From the NCBI RefSeq assembly GCF_001194135.2, contig NC_068996.1, forward strand, positions 55,751,142-55,815,141: a stretch of DNA of 64,000 nucleotides, in the 5' to 3' direction. Source of the stretch: Octopus bimaculoides. Its lineage: Eukaryota. The position numbers were made by a program, and so were the translations under genes. The notes beneath the pieces are model-generated. The model did not search any database and had not been told where the DNA came from. It saw nothing but the letters and a program-made list of their open reading frames with translations. Below, piece after piece: positions 63,811 to 64,000 of this stretch (within the stretch, counting starts at the first letter, position 1; the number at the start of each line of letters is the position of its first letter).

Positions 63811-64000
63811 CCAGTATAGCTTTAAAAAAATAAATGTTAAAATCGAACTGCACTCCTCAAAACTTGCACTAAGAATAAGTACAAGGTAAAATTACTACCT
63901 GCTTTTGTAGCAAGTTGATGCAGGTAGTTTAGCCTGTTGACCTCAGACTTTTAGTTCATGCAATTGAAAAAAAACCTCATTATTTATGGGATGACCCAAT

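Overview
AT-rich, repeat-saturated animal DNA with about 20 N-gaps and very dense (CA)n/(TA)n/(TACA)n microsatellites. The SINE families and repeat make-up point to an octopus (coleoid cephalopod) draft scaffold; this is inference from pattern recognition, not a database hit. I found no recognisable host protein-coding gene, rRNA, true tRNA or CRISPR array, so the window looks intronic or intergenic. It is filled with decayed mobile elements: three tRNA-derived SINE families (called A, B and C here), Tc1, mariner and DD37D (maT) DNA transposons, Helitron pieces including a PIF1-helicase tail, RTE and CR1 LINEs, Penelope-like relics, and two clades of restriction-like-endonuclease (RLE) retrotransposons (CRE-like and R4/Dong-like). 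The most interesting signals are: several minimal type-I hammerhead ribozyme motifs with palindromic helix III, one pair sitting in opposite polarity on the arms of a fold-back; a nested 1.6 kb inverted structure; an RTE tail with tandem C2H2 fingers; a pre-miRNA-like hairpin; and a 98%-identical inverted pair 8.6 kb apart. Boundaries of decayed elements are approximate and all family assignments were made by eye.
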